Position numbers and translations under genes: made by a program
NCBI GenBank assembly: GCA_016844925.1
Contig: JAERTI010000055.1
Coordinates: forward strand, 1,459 to 65,458
Direction: 5' to 3'
Source of the DNA: Candidatus Uhrbacteria bacterium
GTDB taxonomy: Bacteria > Patescibacteriota > Patescibacteriia > UBA9934 > GWF2-40-263
Length of the DNA stretch: 64,000 bases
In this document: one piece after another, positions 55,601 to 64,000 of the stretch
How positions within the stretch are numbered: position 1 is the stretch's first letter
How the letters are laid out: every line of letters begins with the position of its first letter
The notes under the pieces: generated by a model
What the model was told of the DNA's origin: nothing
Seen by the model: the letters and a program-made list of their open reading frames with translations, nothing else
Databases searched by the model: none

Positions 55601-56858
55601 CCACCACCTGCGCCTTCAGCTCATCCTTACCCTTGCGAATTTCCGGAACGGTGCCCTTAATCTGCCCAGGAGTGTATCGATTCTTAAAACGCTCCCCCAC
55701 CTCAAACTGAAGCTGAGACTGAAGCCCCTTAGAAACCCCCTCAAACCCAGGCATGTCATCTGAAAGCTCACGATAGACGGCTTTTGCCCTCACATACTCA
55801 ACCCCCTCCGCCTCAGACTCAAAATCAAACTCTCGATCATCCTCTCGCCAGGCGAGACGGAAGCGTTCTTGTACTTCTTTTTTAAAATGAAACTTAAACG
55901 CTCCCTTGTCCTGACGGACCTTACTATTCTCTGAGCTACCCAATTGTCTAAATGCTCCCCATGCCCCTTCCAAGTCACCTTCTTTTGCTTGTTGCAATAA
56001 CCGATAGATATTTAAACGTTCTGCAAAAACACTCTTAGTGCCTTCAGAAAACGATGGGTTCGTAAACGCTCGATGAACAAAAAGCTCATGCATGCGCTCA
56101 GCAACATCAGGGTTAATTGTTAAAAACACCTCGGATGCCTTCTTTGTGAAAGTCCTCTTTGCTTCTCTTGCCACCTCCTCGACATCTGCCCCCTCAAGAT
56201 GGTTAATAACCTCAAAGGCCCGTAACCCAGCCTGAGGATTTCTTTCCAAAATATTCACTGCCCCCCACATCATGCTTCGAACAAGAGCCCTTTGACTGGC
56301 ATCCTTTTCACTCTCCCCAGCCCGAACAACATAACGACGGTAATGCTCGATAGCGCGCTCAGGATCAACTTCCAACACACGTATCGCCGCATCACGCATC
56401 ATCCATTCCACAGCCGTATCTAAATTCTCTTCAGGAGTATGCTCTTGTGTCCAACCACTCACGTCCACATGCTCTCTATAAAACTCCTCTGCTGATCGTT
56501 CATCTTGTACGACCAATTCAGCGAGGGCCTCCCTCTCAATAGCACTTTGAAAAAACTCTGGAAATTCCTCACGGTGCAATAAAGCTTCCTTGGGAAACTT
56601 CCGCACAAACTCACGCAAGGCTTGCACCTCTCTTTTTTCGCGATCCCCCTTAACAGCGGCAAATACATCGTCATCTGGTGACAGATCTGAAACCGAACGA
56701 ATCCTCCACAACTCTCCATACCCCCCCTGCTTAAACCGATCCATCCCACGCTCAAAATCTTTCTGTCGTTTTTCTTTTTCCTGTTCCAACTCTTGTGAAA
56801 CGCGCACCTTCTCTTGCGCCGGCATCTCTGCCCGTGGTTGTTTACGAAACTCGACCAT
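52626..56858 (-). CDS. giant (~1410 aa) helical hypothetical protein
   Basis: Single uninterrupted ORF with low GC and charged/helical composition. Start uncertain (ATG 56858 with TATACT 9 nt upstream, or ATG 56825). The ORF-track TTG start at 56882 lies inside the tsf terminator hairpin. Confidence 0.55.
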   Translation of the reverse strand: MVEFRKQPRAEMPAQEKVRVSQELEQEKEKRQKDFERGMDRFKQGGYGELWRIRSVSDLSPDDDVFAAVKGDREKREVQALREFVRKFPKEALLHREEFPEFFQSAIEREALAELVVQDERSAEEFYREHVDVSGWTQEHTPEENLDTAVEWMMRDAAIRVLEVDPERAIEHYRRYVVRAGESEKDASQRALVRSMMWGAVNILERNPQAGLRAFEVINHLEGADVEEVAREAKRTFTKKASEVFLTINPDVAERMHELFVHRAFTNPSFSEGTKSVFAERLNIYRLLQQAKEGDLEGAWGAFRQLGSSENSKVRQDKGAFKFHFKKEVQERFRLAWREDDREFDFESEAEGVEYVRAKAVYRELSDDMPGFEGVSKGLQSQLQFEVGERFKNRYTPGQIKGTVPEIRKGKDELKAQVVGEVFAGAEELIIIAPSKKIPTNPEVMLNMTRGLLANRDRRQQTLQLVELDALPGDAEFRTSEEYHELRKVLFDAQSILLETEISGGALNMNNVFLKNIDAFGDLVEGLDPKRKEQAITRGISKVPEKMVGAVEGGLRLTSGDLEKLLAQMANNGSRIREFLGDKHRGFYDVVEMSQEEVLRQLIQKKPFKVHEVCLNKKEEDKDFELPGGLRGDLMDAMVAMNPVRMLANIEAYPKEGHVFDHVAVQRAYFWLLDPEQDHPEFLSDIENYTEVKPDWKVIAGIMQEQGIHLLVVEQLIRDYPELAEHIPWAPTLKKLEKLQAHTANAAHDPWKTDLGPLVHGLVEGGLLSYDAPEDGELLLKFVEEYGMINAPRLADIVIRIERHGGASELRGVQRDSVVEALMEITPQITQKRAIKALESVPERDLSWSWAKEILEKVAPIDPETGKRTLQVYVYKQGEQRFIRQLYQEGRIDRLTAPLLLSELREVRSAAVSDFLRDEVPSVLKTKLGSEIFAAAVGSGQWARPGEVREVIDTWEQVVTETPELAKLPEGYQEEEIVVGVRERSTKGKQEKQKEQVRRVLAGKPLEVERQAYFEVFDPYPPYQPDKTLSAFIGELVATTKERLRELEERVGSLHGKAQEGLKKRVAQMREQVMGYEEFDRVSSQKSVVKTNHAALMEQWVQLGGKGPLYERVIQRLSAVHNTILQPPGGPEYEEWFHDGKKDGEELGALEQVGLAAEFIEQVLTEHYLHPDQDPKHTNHRPFSDELIRVLKKVWRVEKGVEKNPFVAAKKKIAEINGPGEVSKKTMSVAMVPGEGLPKIMSGDTGDACYTSKRDTLAKGGYPDLHAFTYVLGRDTAQERFAGSVLFCEGQLADGKTSALLVRANNPRENLIQSVDNESFVLQSLEKAIETAQRRGIEQVLVPIDDASQSSSNRQGVSSVYQKFFGKHKRQELRATPEMQFNGYDNWNASGPFGCVVIWTKEQGKINWPE

Positions 56859-56915
56859 ACGCAGACAAGTATAACAAAACAACGGGCCTAAGCCCGTTGT
56901 TTTTTCTGGATAAGT

Positions 56916-57503
56916 TTAGATAGAGAATCGTGCGAAGCTCTTGATCTGCATGTTCTCTCCCAATGACGCAATCGTGCTCTTCACGAATCCATCAATGGTC
57001 ATGTCCTCGTCCTTGATAAACGGCTGTTCCATCAAGACGACTTCTGAGAACCACTTGTTCATCTTTCCTTCGACGATCTTCTCAATCACGTCAGCTGGCT
57101 TGTTCTGTGCCTCCATCTCCTTGGTGTAAATCTCCTTCTCCTTTGCAACAATGTCCTCAGGGACATCCTCACGTACCAAGTACTTTGGATCTGCAGCACT
57201 CACATGGAGTGCAATGTCGTTACAGAATTCGATGAACGCCTCGTTGCGAGCGACAAAGTCTGTCTCACAGAGAACGGATACCATGGCACCCAACTTTCCT
57301 GTTGAGTGAAGATACGCGTGCACGCGTCCCTCAGTTGTGGCGCGATCAGCCTTCTTCGCAGCCTTAGCGAGCCCCTTCTCACGAAGAAGTTCAACGGCCT
57401 TAGGAATGTCTCCCCCTGCTTCCTCGAGGGCTTTCTTTGCGGCCATCATGCCCGCACCAGTTTGTGAACGAAGCTCAGCAACTTGTGATGCTGTAATGCT
57501 CAT
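56916..57503 (-). CDS. tsf: elongation factor Ts
   Basis: MSITASQVAELR..TGAGMM..KKAL.EA.GD..KA.E.LREKG.. and EF-Ts dimerisation domain. Downstream of rpsB. Confidence 0.9.
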   Translation of the reverse strand: MSITASQVAELRSQTGAGMMAAKKALEEAGGDIPKAVELLREKGLAKAAKKADRATTEGRVHAYLHSTGKLGAMVSVLCETDFVARNEAFIEFCNDIALHVSAADPKYLVREDVPEDIVAKEKEIYTKEMEAQNKPADVIEKIVEGKMNKWFSEVVLMEQPFIKDEDMTIDGFVKSTIASLGENMQIKSFARFSI

Positions 57504-57518
57504 AAAGAACGGTTTACG

Positions 57519-58265
57519 TTATTTTGATTGTTTTGTCTGCTGCACAGCCTTTGCTCGAATGTTGGCTGCGTCTTTGATAGCGTTTGCCTTTCCTTCTTTG
57601 ATCGCGTCGCACATCAACTTAGAAATAAGTTCGATGGACTTCACGGCATCATCGTTTCCAGGAATGATCTTGCTCACGCCACCAGGGTTTACGTTGGTGT
57701 CGCACAAAGCGATCACAGGGATACCTGTTACGTTTGCTTCTTTCAACGCCGTCTTCTCCGTACGGACGTCGATGATAAACATGGCGTCAGGTACCTTGGT
57801 AACCTCCTGCATTCCACCGAGCTTGTGCTCCATGTCCTCGATCTCGCGAGAAATCATGAGGCGCTCCTTCTTGGTGTACTTGTTGAGCTCACCCTTGTCG
57901 CGCTGATCCTTGAGCATCTTCATGCGCTTAAGGGTCTTCTTGATCTGTTCAAAGTTTGTCAGTGTTCCACCGAGCCATCGGTGAATCACGTATGGCATGC
58001 CACAGGCGTCAGCGTACTTCTTTACGATGTCCTGTGCCTGTACCTTTGTACCGACAAACAAAATGACACCACCGCGAGCGGCAATGCCCTTAGCTGTCTC
58101 AAGAGCAGACTCCAACATCTTGTTGGTCTCCTCAAGATTAATAATGTGAACGCCCTGACGTGCACCAAAGATGTAGTCTTTCATCTTAGGATGCCACCGG
58201 GACGTCTTGTGACCAAAGTGCATGCCCGCTTTGAGCATGTCGGTCAACGACGGAAGATTTGGCAT
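57519..58265 (-). CDS. rpsB: 30S ribosomal protein S2
   Basis: ..MLKAGMHFGHKTSRW.P.M..YIFG.R.G..IINLE.T.. Confidence 0.95.
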   Translation of the reverse strand: MPNLPSLTDMLKAGMHFGHKTSRWHPKMKDYIFGARQGVHIINLEETNKMLESALETAKGIAARGGVILFVGTKVQAQDIVKKYADACGMPYVIHRWLGGTLTNFEQIKKTLKRMKMLKDQRDKGELNKYTKKERLMISREIEDMEHKLGGMQEVTKVPDAMFIIDVRTEKTALKEANVTGIPVIALCDTNVNPGGVSKIIPGNDDAVKSIELISKLMCDAIKEGKANAIKDAANIRAKAVQQTKQSK

Positions 58266-58336
58266 AAAATTCCTTTTTACATCGGTGGCAGTGCCGGGCC
58301 CGTTTTACGGGAGGATCCGGTCATCTGTTTGCCCCA

Positions 58337-58379
58337 CCTGTAGGGTTAATTACGCGGCGGAGTATAGGAAATACGCGTA
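58337..58379 (-). promoter_or_regulatory. rpsB-tsf promoter (TTGACA-17-TATACT) bracketed by a perfect 10-bp inverted repeat TAATTACGCG/CGCGTAATTA
   Basis: Minus-strand -35 TTGACA = 58379..58374. -10 TATACT = 58356..58351. IR arms at 58337-58346 and 58364-58373 flank the -10 box. An ~85-nt 5' UTR with CCCGT-aaa-ACGGG hairpin follows. Confidence 0.55.
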
Positions 58380-58391
58380 ATTATGTCAATG

Positions 58392-60521
58392 TTAGGCGGC
58401 TTTCTTAGCATCTTTAGAAACGACGTTAAACACATAATGGGCGTTCCAAGACCTTGGCAATTCTCTCCCCTTTTTTTGCGCCGCCTCACGCTTCTTACTC
58501 AAAAACTCAAGCTCGGGATACATTCGTGAATCAACTGAATCACTTATCGAAGTCCGACCAGCACCTTTTAATTCATCAGAAATAACATCCAGTACATCTC
58601 CCAACCTTACTTTCTTTTTACTTTCCTGACCCAATCGCCTCAAGACGTTCCCTAGCAGATCCCCACCAACCTCTTGTCCAACTCGATTGAGCATCTGCAC
58701 CAATCGATGATCCATACGGTGCTTTCCAGTGACCAAAATATCATTCACTTCTTCACGCACCTCAACAACATCCGGCTGTACACGCAAAGACTCAGTACCA
58801 ATCTTAGCATCAGAAGAACCCTTGCTTTGATCTGCAAACTTACGATCTACCAAGTCTGGATCAAGCACCTCCTTAAATTGCCGTCTAGCTGGAAAAAGGC
58901 GTGACATCACATATATCTCGCGTTGCTGATCATCCATCCCTTTTGGACCCCCTTTCAGATAGACACCAAGAACATCTGTTACATCAGATGTACCCAATGG
59001 TGAAATGGGGCTTATCTTATTAACTTCCAGCACCTCATTGAGAATACGAAACATGTCTTGATATGTATCTACCTCTTCCTGATCAGCACGTTCAATAAAC
59101 TCCCCCAGCATATCCTTTCCAACTGTCTCCCCTGCCTGTCTTAATTGATCGTATAAAACCGGAGCCACAATACGATCACCTTTAAATTTACGATAGATAT
59201 CTTCAAGATTCTCTTGATTAATCCTTTTGAAATAAGCCTTGCCATATACAGGCTTGGTTTCTTTAGGTGTTTTCTTTTTAACTTCAACCTTCTGCCTCGC
59301 TCTACCTGACTCTCTCCTCTTTTCCCTTCTTTTCTTCAATGCACCCAAAGAAATCTCAGGGGACCCCTTACCCTCCTCGGGAAGCTCTGCCCACATTCGA
59401 TCTAGCTCATCTTGTTCAAACACCCCATCGAGAACCCCCTTGAAGACATACTCTTTTACCTCCTCAGGCCAATACTGCTCCGGTCCACCTGGTGGACGAC
59501 CCGCTTTAAACCACGCCTTATACTGTTTTGTAATTCCAACGATCGGCACAGACACGAGAACAATGTCATCAATACGATCTTTCTCAACCAACTTCTTTTT
59601 TGCGCGTTTAATTTGAGATTGCTTTTTCCCTATGCCATGAGCATCAGCACGAAGGGTAAATTGAACCCCCAAGTTCTTCGTGTCTGTTGTCTCCACACCT
59701 ACACCGCGACGATGACGAGAACGACTCACCACAAAATCAATCTTCTGCACCATGTCTTGCATCAAGTCCCCCATCTGAACAGCAATCTCAACACCAAGAT
59801 CCAACTGAAGTTTTTTAAAGAAGTTCTCAACCATCACCTCAGCCACGTGACCCTCATTCATCTTCTGAATCTCGGGAGACATCAATTTCTCTCGACCTTC
59901 CAAGAGCTCTCCTGAGATCATTCTGAACATCTGGCGTCTTTCTTCTGTTTTATCCATCCTTGCCCCCTCCTCCTCCGTAATCTGCCGATTCAACAAATCC
60001 ATGAGCTCCCCCTTCGTTCTCTCAATCGCCATCATCTTATGGGCGCGCCTGGGAACGGTTGCTGGATCAAGGGAATACGAAAGTCCCCACGCCATATCAG
60101 TAACCATGTCACCGAGCGTGAGTCGTGTCTCTATTGTTCCGTCCTCCACCTCTTGTTTCCAAATGTATTCCCCGTCTCGATATTCAACAGGACGCTCCCC
60201 CTCACGAGGCTTCCACTCGCGTTCTGGATTATCAATCTCTCGAAGTTGCTGGCGGAGCTCTAGCATCAACTCCTGCTTACGACGCTGAATATCCACCACT
60301 TTCTCCTGCACTGCTTTCTCCGTATGTGAACGCTCCATGGCCTTGGTCATGCGGTAATCCACAACCACCGCCAACTTGTTCAGCTCTCCACGGTCCACTT
60401 CCTGCTCCTCGGGTTCATACTCTCCAGATCGCTCTTTTTCTTTCATCGATGCCTTAAGCTTCGCTTCATCACGAAGCACCTCGCTATACCCTTCTAATGA
60501 TCGTCGCATCGATGGTCTCAT
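58392..60521 (-). CDS. 709-aa charged/helical hypothetical protein
   Basis: Single long ORF, Lys/Glu/Arg-rich, with no recognisable catalytic motif. Confidence 0.5.
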   Translation of the reverse strand: MRPSMRRSLEGYSEVLRDEAKLKASMKEKERSGEYEPEEQEVDRGELNKLAVVVDYRMTKAMERSHTEKAVQEKVVDIQRRKQELMLELRQQLREIDNPEREWKPREGERPVEYRDGEYIWKQEVEDGTIETRLTLGDMVTDMAWGLSYSLDPATVPRRAHKMMAIERTKGELMDLLNRQITEEEGARMDKTEERRQMFRMISGELLEGREKLMSPEIQKMNEGHVAEVMVENFFKKLQLDLGVEIAVQMGDLMQDMVQKIDFVVSRSRHRRGVGVETTDTKNLGVQFTLRADAHGIGKKQSQIKRAKKKLVEKDRIDDIVLVSVPIVGITKQYKAWFKAGRPPGGPEQYWPEEVKEYVFKGVLDGVFEQDELDRMWAELPEEGKGSPEISLGALKKRREKRRESGRARQKVEVKKKTPKETKPVYGKAYFKRINQENLEDIYRKFKGDRIVAPVLYDQLRQAGETVGKDMLGEFIERADQEEVDTYQDMFRILNEVLEVNKISPISPLGTSDVTDVLGVYLKGGPKGMDDQQREIYVMSRLFPARRQFKEVLDPDLVDRKFADQSKGSSDAKIGTESLRVQPDVVEVREEVNDILVTGKHRMDHRLVQMLNRVGQEVGGDLLGNVLRRLGQESKKKVRLGDVLDVISDELKGAGRTSISDSVDSRMYPELEFLSKKREAAQKKGRELPRSWNAHYVFNVVSKDAKKAA

Positions 60522-60533
60522 AGTGAGACTAGT

Positions 60534-61556
60534 TTATCTGATAAACATCGCGTCGCCAAAAGAGAAGAACCTAAACTCACCTTGCACGGCCTGGTCATAT
60601 GCACTTAAGACATGCTCTCTCCCAGCAAACGCGCTCACCAGCACGAGCAGTGTCGACTTAGGAAGGTGAAAGTTTGTAATGAGCGCATCGATGACGTTAA
60701 ACGTGAAACCTGGGGTGATGAAGAGATTCACGTCGCCAGAGAAACCTTCTGCTGGCAAAGACCACTCGTGATCTGCGGCGACCCCCTCAAGCGTCCGCAC
60801 TGTCGTCGTGCCTACTGCTATAACACGTCGCCCCTCCCGCTTGGTCGCATTGATCCGCTGAGCCACCTCCGGCGCGATCGTCACGTACTCTGCGTGCATC
60901 TTGTGTTCTTCAAGCGTATCCGTCTTCACCGGACGGAACGTGCCAATCCCCACATGGAGGGTGACGTACTCGATGCTCACACCCTTTGCACGAATCTTCT
61001 CAAGAAGCTCTTCTGTGAAATGAAAACCTGCCGTGGGCGCAGCTACCGAACCTGTCTGCTCGGCGTACACCGTCTGGTACTTCTCGATGGAGTCTGGCAC
61101 CTCACTCACGTACGGAGGAATCGGAATCTCTCCGTGTGCGTTCGCATAATCAATAAGCTGCTGATCCGACAGATCGAATTGCACAGACATCACATCACTC
61201 TTGCTCACCACTTCTCCAGACACATCCCCGATCTTCATCGTGTCGCCGACCGACACACGCCGCCCAGGCCGAACCAGCACATCCCAAGCGTCACCACGTG
61301 GCCGCAATAAAAATACTTCGAGCTCGTGCTCGCCAACGCTCCCTCGCAACCGTGCGCGGAACACTTTTGTATTATTCATCACGAGCACATCCCCCTCATG
61401 GAGCTCATCGATAATCCCAAAGAACTGTTTCTCCTGTGTAACGCCACTCTCCCGATCCAAAAGCATGAGCCGGGAATGATCGCGGGGTTCTACAGAGTGC
61501 TGTGCAATGAGCTCTGGTGGAAGTTCATAATCGAACAGTTCGATAGGTGTAGGCAT
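60534..61556 (-). CDS. queA: S-adenosylmethionine:tRNA ribosyltransferase-isomerase
   Basis: ..FDYELP.ELIAQ...PRD.SRL....R......F..I...L..GD.LV.NNTKV..ARL.G matches QueA. Start at ATG 61556 (MPTPIELF..). Confidence 0.85.
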   Translation of the reverse strand: MPTPIELFDYELPPELIAQHSVEPRDHSRLMLLDRESGVTQEKQFFGIIDELHEGDVLVMNNTKVFRARLRGSVGEHELEVFLLRPRGDAWDVLVRPGRRVSVGDTMKIGDVSGEVVSKSDVMSVQFDLSDQQLIDYANAHGEIPIPPYVSEVPDSIEKYQTVYAEQTGSVAAPTAGFHFTEELLEKIRAKGVSIEYVTLHVGIGTFRPVKTDTLEEHKMHAEYVTIAPEVAQRINATKREGRRVIAVGTTTVRTLEGVAADHEWSLPAEGFSGDVNLFITPGFTFNVIDALITNFHLPKSTLLVLVSAFAGREHVLSAYDQAVQGEFRFFSFGDAMFIR

Positions 61557-61564
61557 ATGGCCCC

Positions 61565-61608
61565 TATTCTGCCTGAGGCCTAGGCGATTGACAAAATAGG
61601 GGCTCATT
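61565..61608. promoter_or_regulatory. divergent queA/rpmE control region: 9-bp-stem hairpin GCCCCTATT..AATAGGGGC enclosing the rpmE -35 TTGACA (61592-61597), -10 TATTCT 17 nt downstream
   Basis: Seen directly in sequence. Confidence 0.45.
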
Positions 61609-61655
61609 GCTATTCTCCCCGCGAATTAAATGTACGTATTAAGCGTGCGAAACCT

Positions 61656-61949
61656 ATGAAAAAAGACATTCATCCAACTTATCACTCAGACGCCAAGATC
61701 TCTTGCGCCTGTGGAAACACCCTCGACGTTGGTTCAACTATCGAGGCAATCTCTGTAGAGCTTTGCTCACAGTGCCACCCGTTCTACACCGGTAAGCAGA
61801 AGATTATCGATACAGCTCGACGTGTTGAGAAGTTCCAGGCCCGTGCTTCTAAGAAAGCTGAGAAGGTCACTGGAAAGAAGGCTAAGCAGGCCAAGCGCAC
61901 AGCGCAGAAGATTGCGAAGCGTGAGGAAGCCGAGAAAGCTGAGGCTTAA
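61656..61949 (+). CDS. rpmE: 50S ribosomal protein L31 (Zn-ribbon type) with K/A-rich C-terminal extension
   Basis: MKKDIHP.Y.......C.CGN.......... and [10 protein letters not shown]. Confidence 0.9.
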   Translation: MKKDIHPTYHSDAKISCACGNTLDVGSTIEAISVELCSQCHPFYTGKQKIIDTARRVEKFQARASKKAEKVTGKKAKQAKRTAQKIAKREEAEKAEA

Positions 61950-61994
61950 CTGTTATAATGAAAAGCGTCCTTTATCCTGGACGCTTTTTAGTTT

Positions 61995-63068
61995 ATGAAC
62001 TTGATCGAACAACTACAGGCCCATCGTGACCGACTCAAAGACCTTGAATCCAAGCTCAGTGCTCCGGACGTACTTTCTGATCCGCGAAAGATCAAACAAG
62101 TAAACCAGGATTACGCGGCCGAGCGCGAGATCGTTGAGATTGGTGGACGCTACGACAGCGCTGTGAAGAATCTCCAGAACGCAAAAAGTGCCCTTGAGGA
62201 GACAGCGGAAGATGAGATGAAAGAGTTGGCCCAGATGGAGATCGACGAACTAGAAGCAGCACTCCCTGGTCTTGAGCACGCCTTCACCGTTGCCCTCATT
62301 CCACCGGACCCGATGGACAACAAAAACATCATTGTGGAAATCCGTGCAGGAGCCGGTGGTGACGAGTCTTCCCTATTCGCCGGTGAGCTCATGCGCAGCT
62401 ACAGCATGTACGCTGACACGCAGGGCTGGAAGACAGAGCTTATCTCCGCGAGCCGCACCGACGTCGGTGGGTTTAAGGAAGTTGTCTTTAGCATCAAGGG
62501 GCTCGGTGCCTATAGCGCTCTCAAGTACGAAAGTGGCGTGCACCGCGTGCAGCGCGTTCCAGAGACAGAGAAGCAGGGGCGCGTGCACACCTCGACCGTG
62601 ACGGTTGCCATCATGCCTGAGGCGGAAGAAGTGGACGTAAAAATCGAACAAAAAGATTTGATCATCGAAGCCACTACCTCTACTGGAGCTGGCGGACAGA
62701 GTGTAAACACCACCTACAGCGCTGTGCGTGTCACCCACGTCCCTAGCGGCATCATGGTGTACTGCCAAGAGGAACGTTCACAGAAACAAAACAAGGAGCG
62801 CGCGCTGCAGATTATTCGTGCGCGTGTGTATGCCATGGAGCAAGAGAAGGCGCGGTTGGAACGCGAGGAAGCTCGCCGTGGTCAGATTGGAACGGGAGGG
62901 CGATCCGAAAAAATCCGCACGTACAACTTCCCCCAGGACCGTGTGACAGACCACCGCATCAACAAAAACTTTCACAACCTTCCAGGTGTCATGAATGGCG
63001 GTTTCGAAGAGATCGTTGGAGCCTTGAAGGCGGCAGAAATTGAAGAGCGACTTCAGGAGCTGAGTTAA
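61995..63068 (+). CDS. prfA: peptide chain release factor 1
   Basis: GGQ motif (..TSTGAGGQSVNTT..) and RF1-type tripeptide PET in ..RVQRVPETEKQGRVHTS.. Confidence 0.9.
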   Translation: MNLIEQLQAHRDRLKDLESKLSAPDVLSDPRKIKQVNQDYAAEREIVEIGGRYDSAVKNLQNAKSALEETAEDEMKELAQMEIDELEAALPGLEHAFTVALIPPDPMDNKNIIVEIRAGAGGDESSLFAGELMRSYSMYADTQGWKTELISASRTDVGGFKEVVFSIKGLGAYSALKYESGVHRVQRVPETEKQGRVHTSTVTVAIMPEAEEVDVKIEQKDLIIEATTSTGAGGQSVNTTYSAVRVTHVPSGIMVYCQEERSQKQNKERALQIIRARVYAMEQEKARLEREEARRGQIGTGGRSEKIRTYNFPQDRVTDHRINKNFHNLPGVMNGGFEEIVGALKAAEIEERLQELS

Positions 63069-63069
63069 T

Positions 63070-63741
63070 ATGCAAGCCGTTATCCTGGCAGCAGGAAAAG
63101 GAGCGCGCCTACGCCCGCTCACTCACACCACCCCAAAACCACTCATTGATCTGTGTGGCAAACCGCTTATTGAGCACGTGCTCGATGTGTTGCCTCCGCA
63201 GGTTGATGAGATTTTTGTTGTCGTGAATCACCTACGTGAACAAATCATCGAGCGACTTGGAGACAGCTGGAACACTGTGCCGATCAAGTACGTCATTCAA
63301 GAGCCACTCACTGGAACTGCCGGTGCCGTACACCTGCTCCGAGAACATCTGCAGAGCTCGTTCCTCGTTGTGAATGCCGACGATTTGTACGAAGCAAATG
63401 ATCTCGCGCAGCTCGCTAAGCACTCCATGGCGATACTCTTCCATGCATCAGACTCAGAAAAACGATCCGGCGCCCTCGTGCAGTCCAGTCGATTCATTGG
63501 TCTGGGCCCAGGACGCAATGCCGTGTGCGGGGCGTACGTCCTAGACCAGAGATTCTTCTCTGTCGACCCTGTTGAGATCCACGTGAGTCAATACAAAGAA
63601 CTCGGCCTGCCACAGACGCTTGCTGTACTCGCCGAGCGCGAAACCGTCGCTGCTGTCCCAGCCACATCCTGGCTCCCGGTCGGAAATCCGGACCAGCTCG
63701 CGCAAGCTGTCCACCATTTTTCTGGAGAAGTCTGTGGATAA
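63070..63741 (+). CDS. sugar-phosphate nucleotidyltransferase (RmlA/ManC-like)
   Basis: MQAVILAAGKGARLRPLT...PKPLI.L.GKPLIEH.L is the NTP_transferase G-loop. Terminator AAAAAAGGGCC-taatgt-GGGCCC follows (63768-63795). Confidence 0.8.
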   Translation: MQAVILAAGKGARLRPLTHTTPKPLIDLCGKPLIEHVLDVLPPQVDEIFVVVNHLREQIIERLGDSWNTVPIKYVIQEPLTGTAGAVHLLREHLQSSFLVVNADDLYEANDLAQLAKHSMAILFHASDSEKRSGALVQSSRFIGLGPGRNAVCGAYVLDQRFFSVDPVEIHVSQYKELGLPQTLAVLAERETVAAVPATSWLPVGNPDQLAQAVHHFSGEVCG

Positions 63742-64000
63742 GTTTTGTACAAAAATCAAAAAGATCGAAAAAAGGGCCTAATGTGGGCCCTTGACTTATT
63801 TATTCGCCAAGGTATCGTAGGTGTTACCGTCGACTGAACGGAGCGCTGGAATACGAGGACGAGCTTGCTCGATCTCAGACGTCAGTGAGCCAACTCGGTC
63901 GAACTAGCAGCAAGCAAATGGATGAGGAGCCCTCGCGGTTCCGTGATCCTCTGGAAGGCGACCCACTCCTCACGGAGCCCCCCGCTCTCCTAAAGCGCCC

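Noticed and set aside
56859-56882. TTG start (MFCYTCLR) for the giant gene
   Set aside because: It lies inside the tsf terminator hairpin. ATG 56858 is the first plausible start.
1-64000. Search for CRISPR arrays, rRNA and tRNA genes, and IS/transposase ORFs
   Set aside because: No regular repeat-spacer periodicity, no rRNA-like conserved blocks, no GGTTCGAATCC-type T-loops in intergenic regions, and no transposase/integrase-like ORFs were recognised. The GC-rich islets therefore lack an identifiable mobilisation gene within this window.

Overview
The window reads as a ~50% GC, small-genome bacterial chromosome. Several features look like candidate-phyla-radiation (CPR)/Patescibacteria: a short TsaB, an archaeal-type UMP kinase, giant 1418-aa and 709-aa low-complexity proteins, and weak Shine-Dalgarno sequences. 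This placement is inferred from sequence content only.

Almost every gene is on the minus strand. The native backbone is:
- A polysaccharide locus: DUF4012 protein, two GT2 glycosyltransferases, a NUDIX/MazG-like fusion and a processive QxxRW synthase.
- tsaB and rplJ-rplL, the latter with a conserved L10 leader.
- pyrH, xseA and xseB.
- A TM0106-type RecB-like nuclease, an acidic Cys-rich lipoprotein and a C39-like peptidase, all in one operon.
- A GHL10 hydrolase, a cyclophilin, a lysine/alanine-rich H1-like membrane protein and metK.
- lexA, a GNAT acetyltransferase and dinB.
- Malic enzyme, uvrD/pcrA, mltG, a PAP2 phosphatase, nth, and the glycolytic block gpmI-eno-pgk ... gap.
- tsf-rpsB, queA, rpmE, prfA and a sugar nucleotidyltransferase.

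Interleaved with this backbone are several clearly GC-richer islets (roughly 60-65% by eye). These sit at 11.8-13.1 kb, 18.85-21.95 kb, 26.3-32.8 kb, 34.45-34.94 kb, 36.3-36.66 kb, 41.3-42.7 kb and 52.16-52.54 kb.

The largest islet (26.3-32.8 kb) is a tandem array of mostly monocistronic cassettes:
- It encodes four small 2-TM proteins, a 505-aa unknown protein, an SPFH/band-7 lipoprotein, a sterol-desaturase-type fatty-acid hydroxylase and an IMPase/CysQ-like phosphatase.
- Five of its genes are followed by the same ~31-nt junction module. The module runs stop codon, then a GACCCTCCTGAGGGTC hairpin, then T6, then CTTTGACAA, which supplies a -35 box.
- That module recurs after GC-rich genes at 20.6 kb and 41.27 kb.
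- This looks like a previously undescribed cassette-like acquisition system, or a raft-like membrane module, and is the main candidate for follow-up.

Other notable features:
- An atypical 16-bp-arm palindrome in front of lexA.
- A ~650-bp ORF-free gap after lexA that may hold a structured RNA.
- A 5-codon leader ORF in front of a ParB-like nuclease gene.
- A perfect 10-bp inverted repeat bracketing the rpsB -10 box.
- A PP2C-like/TM/beta-propeller signalling protein.

No rRNA, tRNA or CRISPR array was recognisable.
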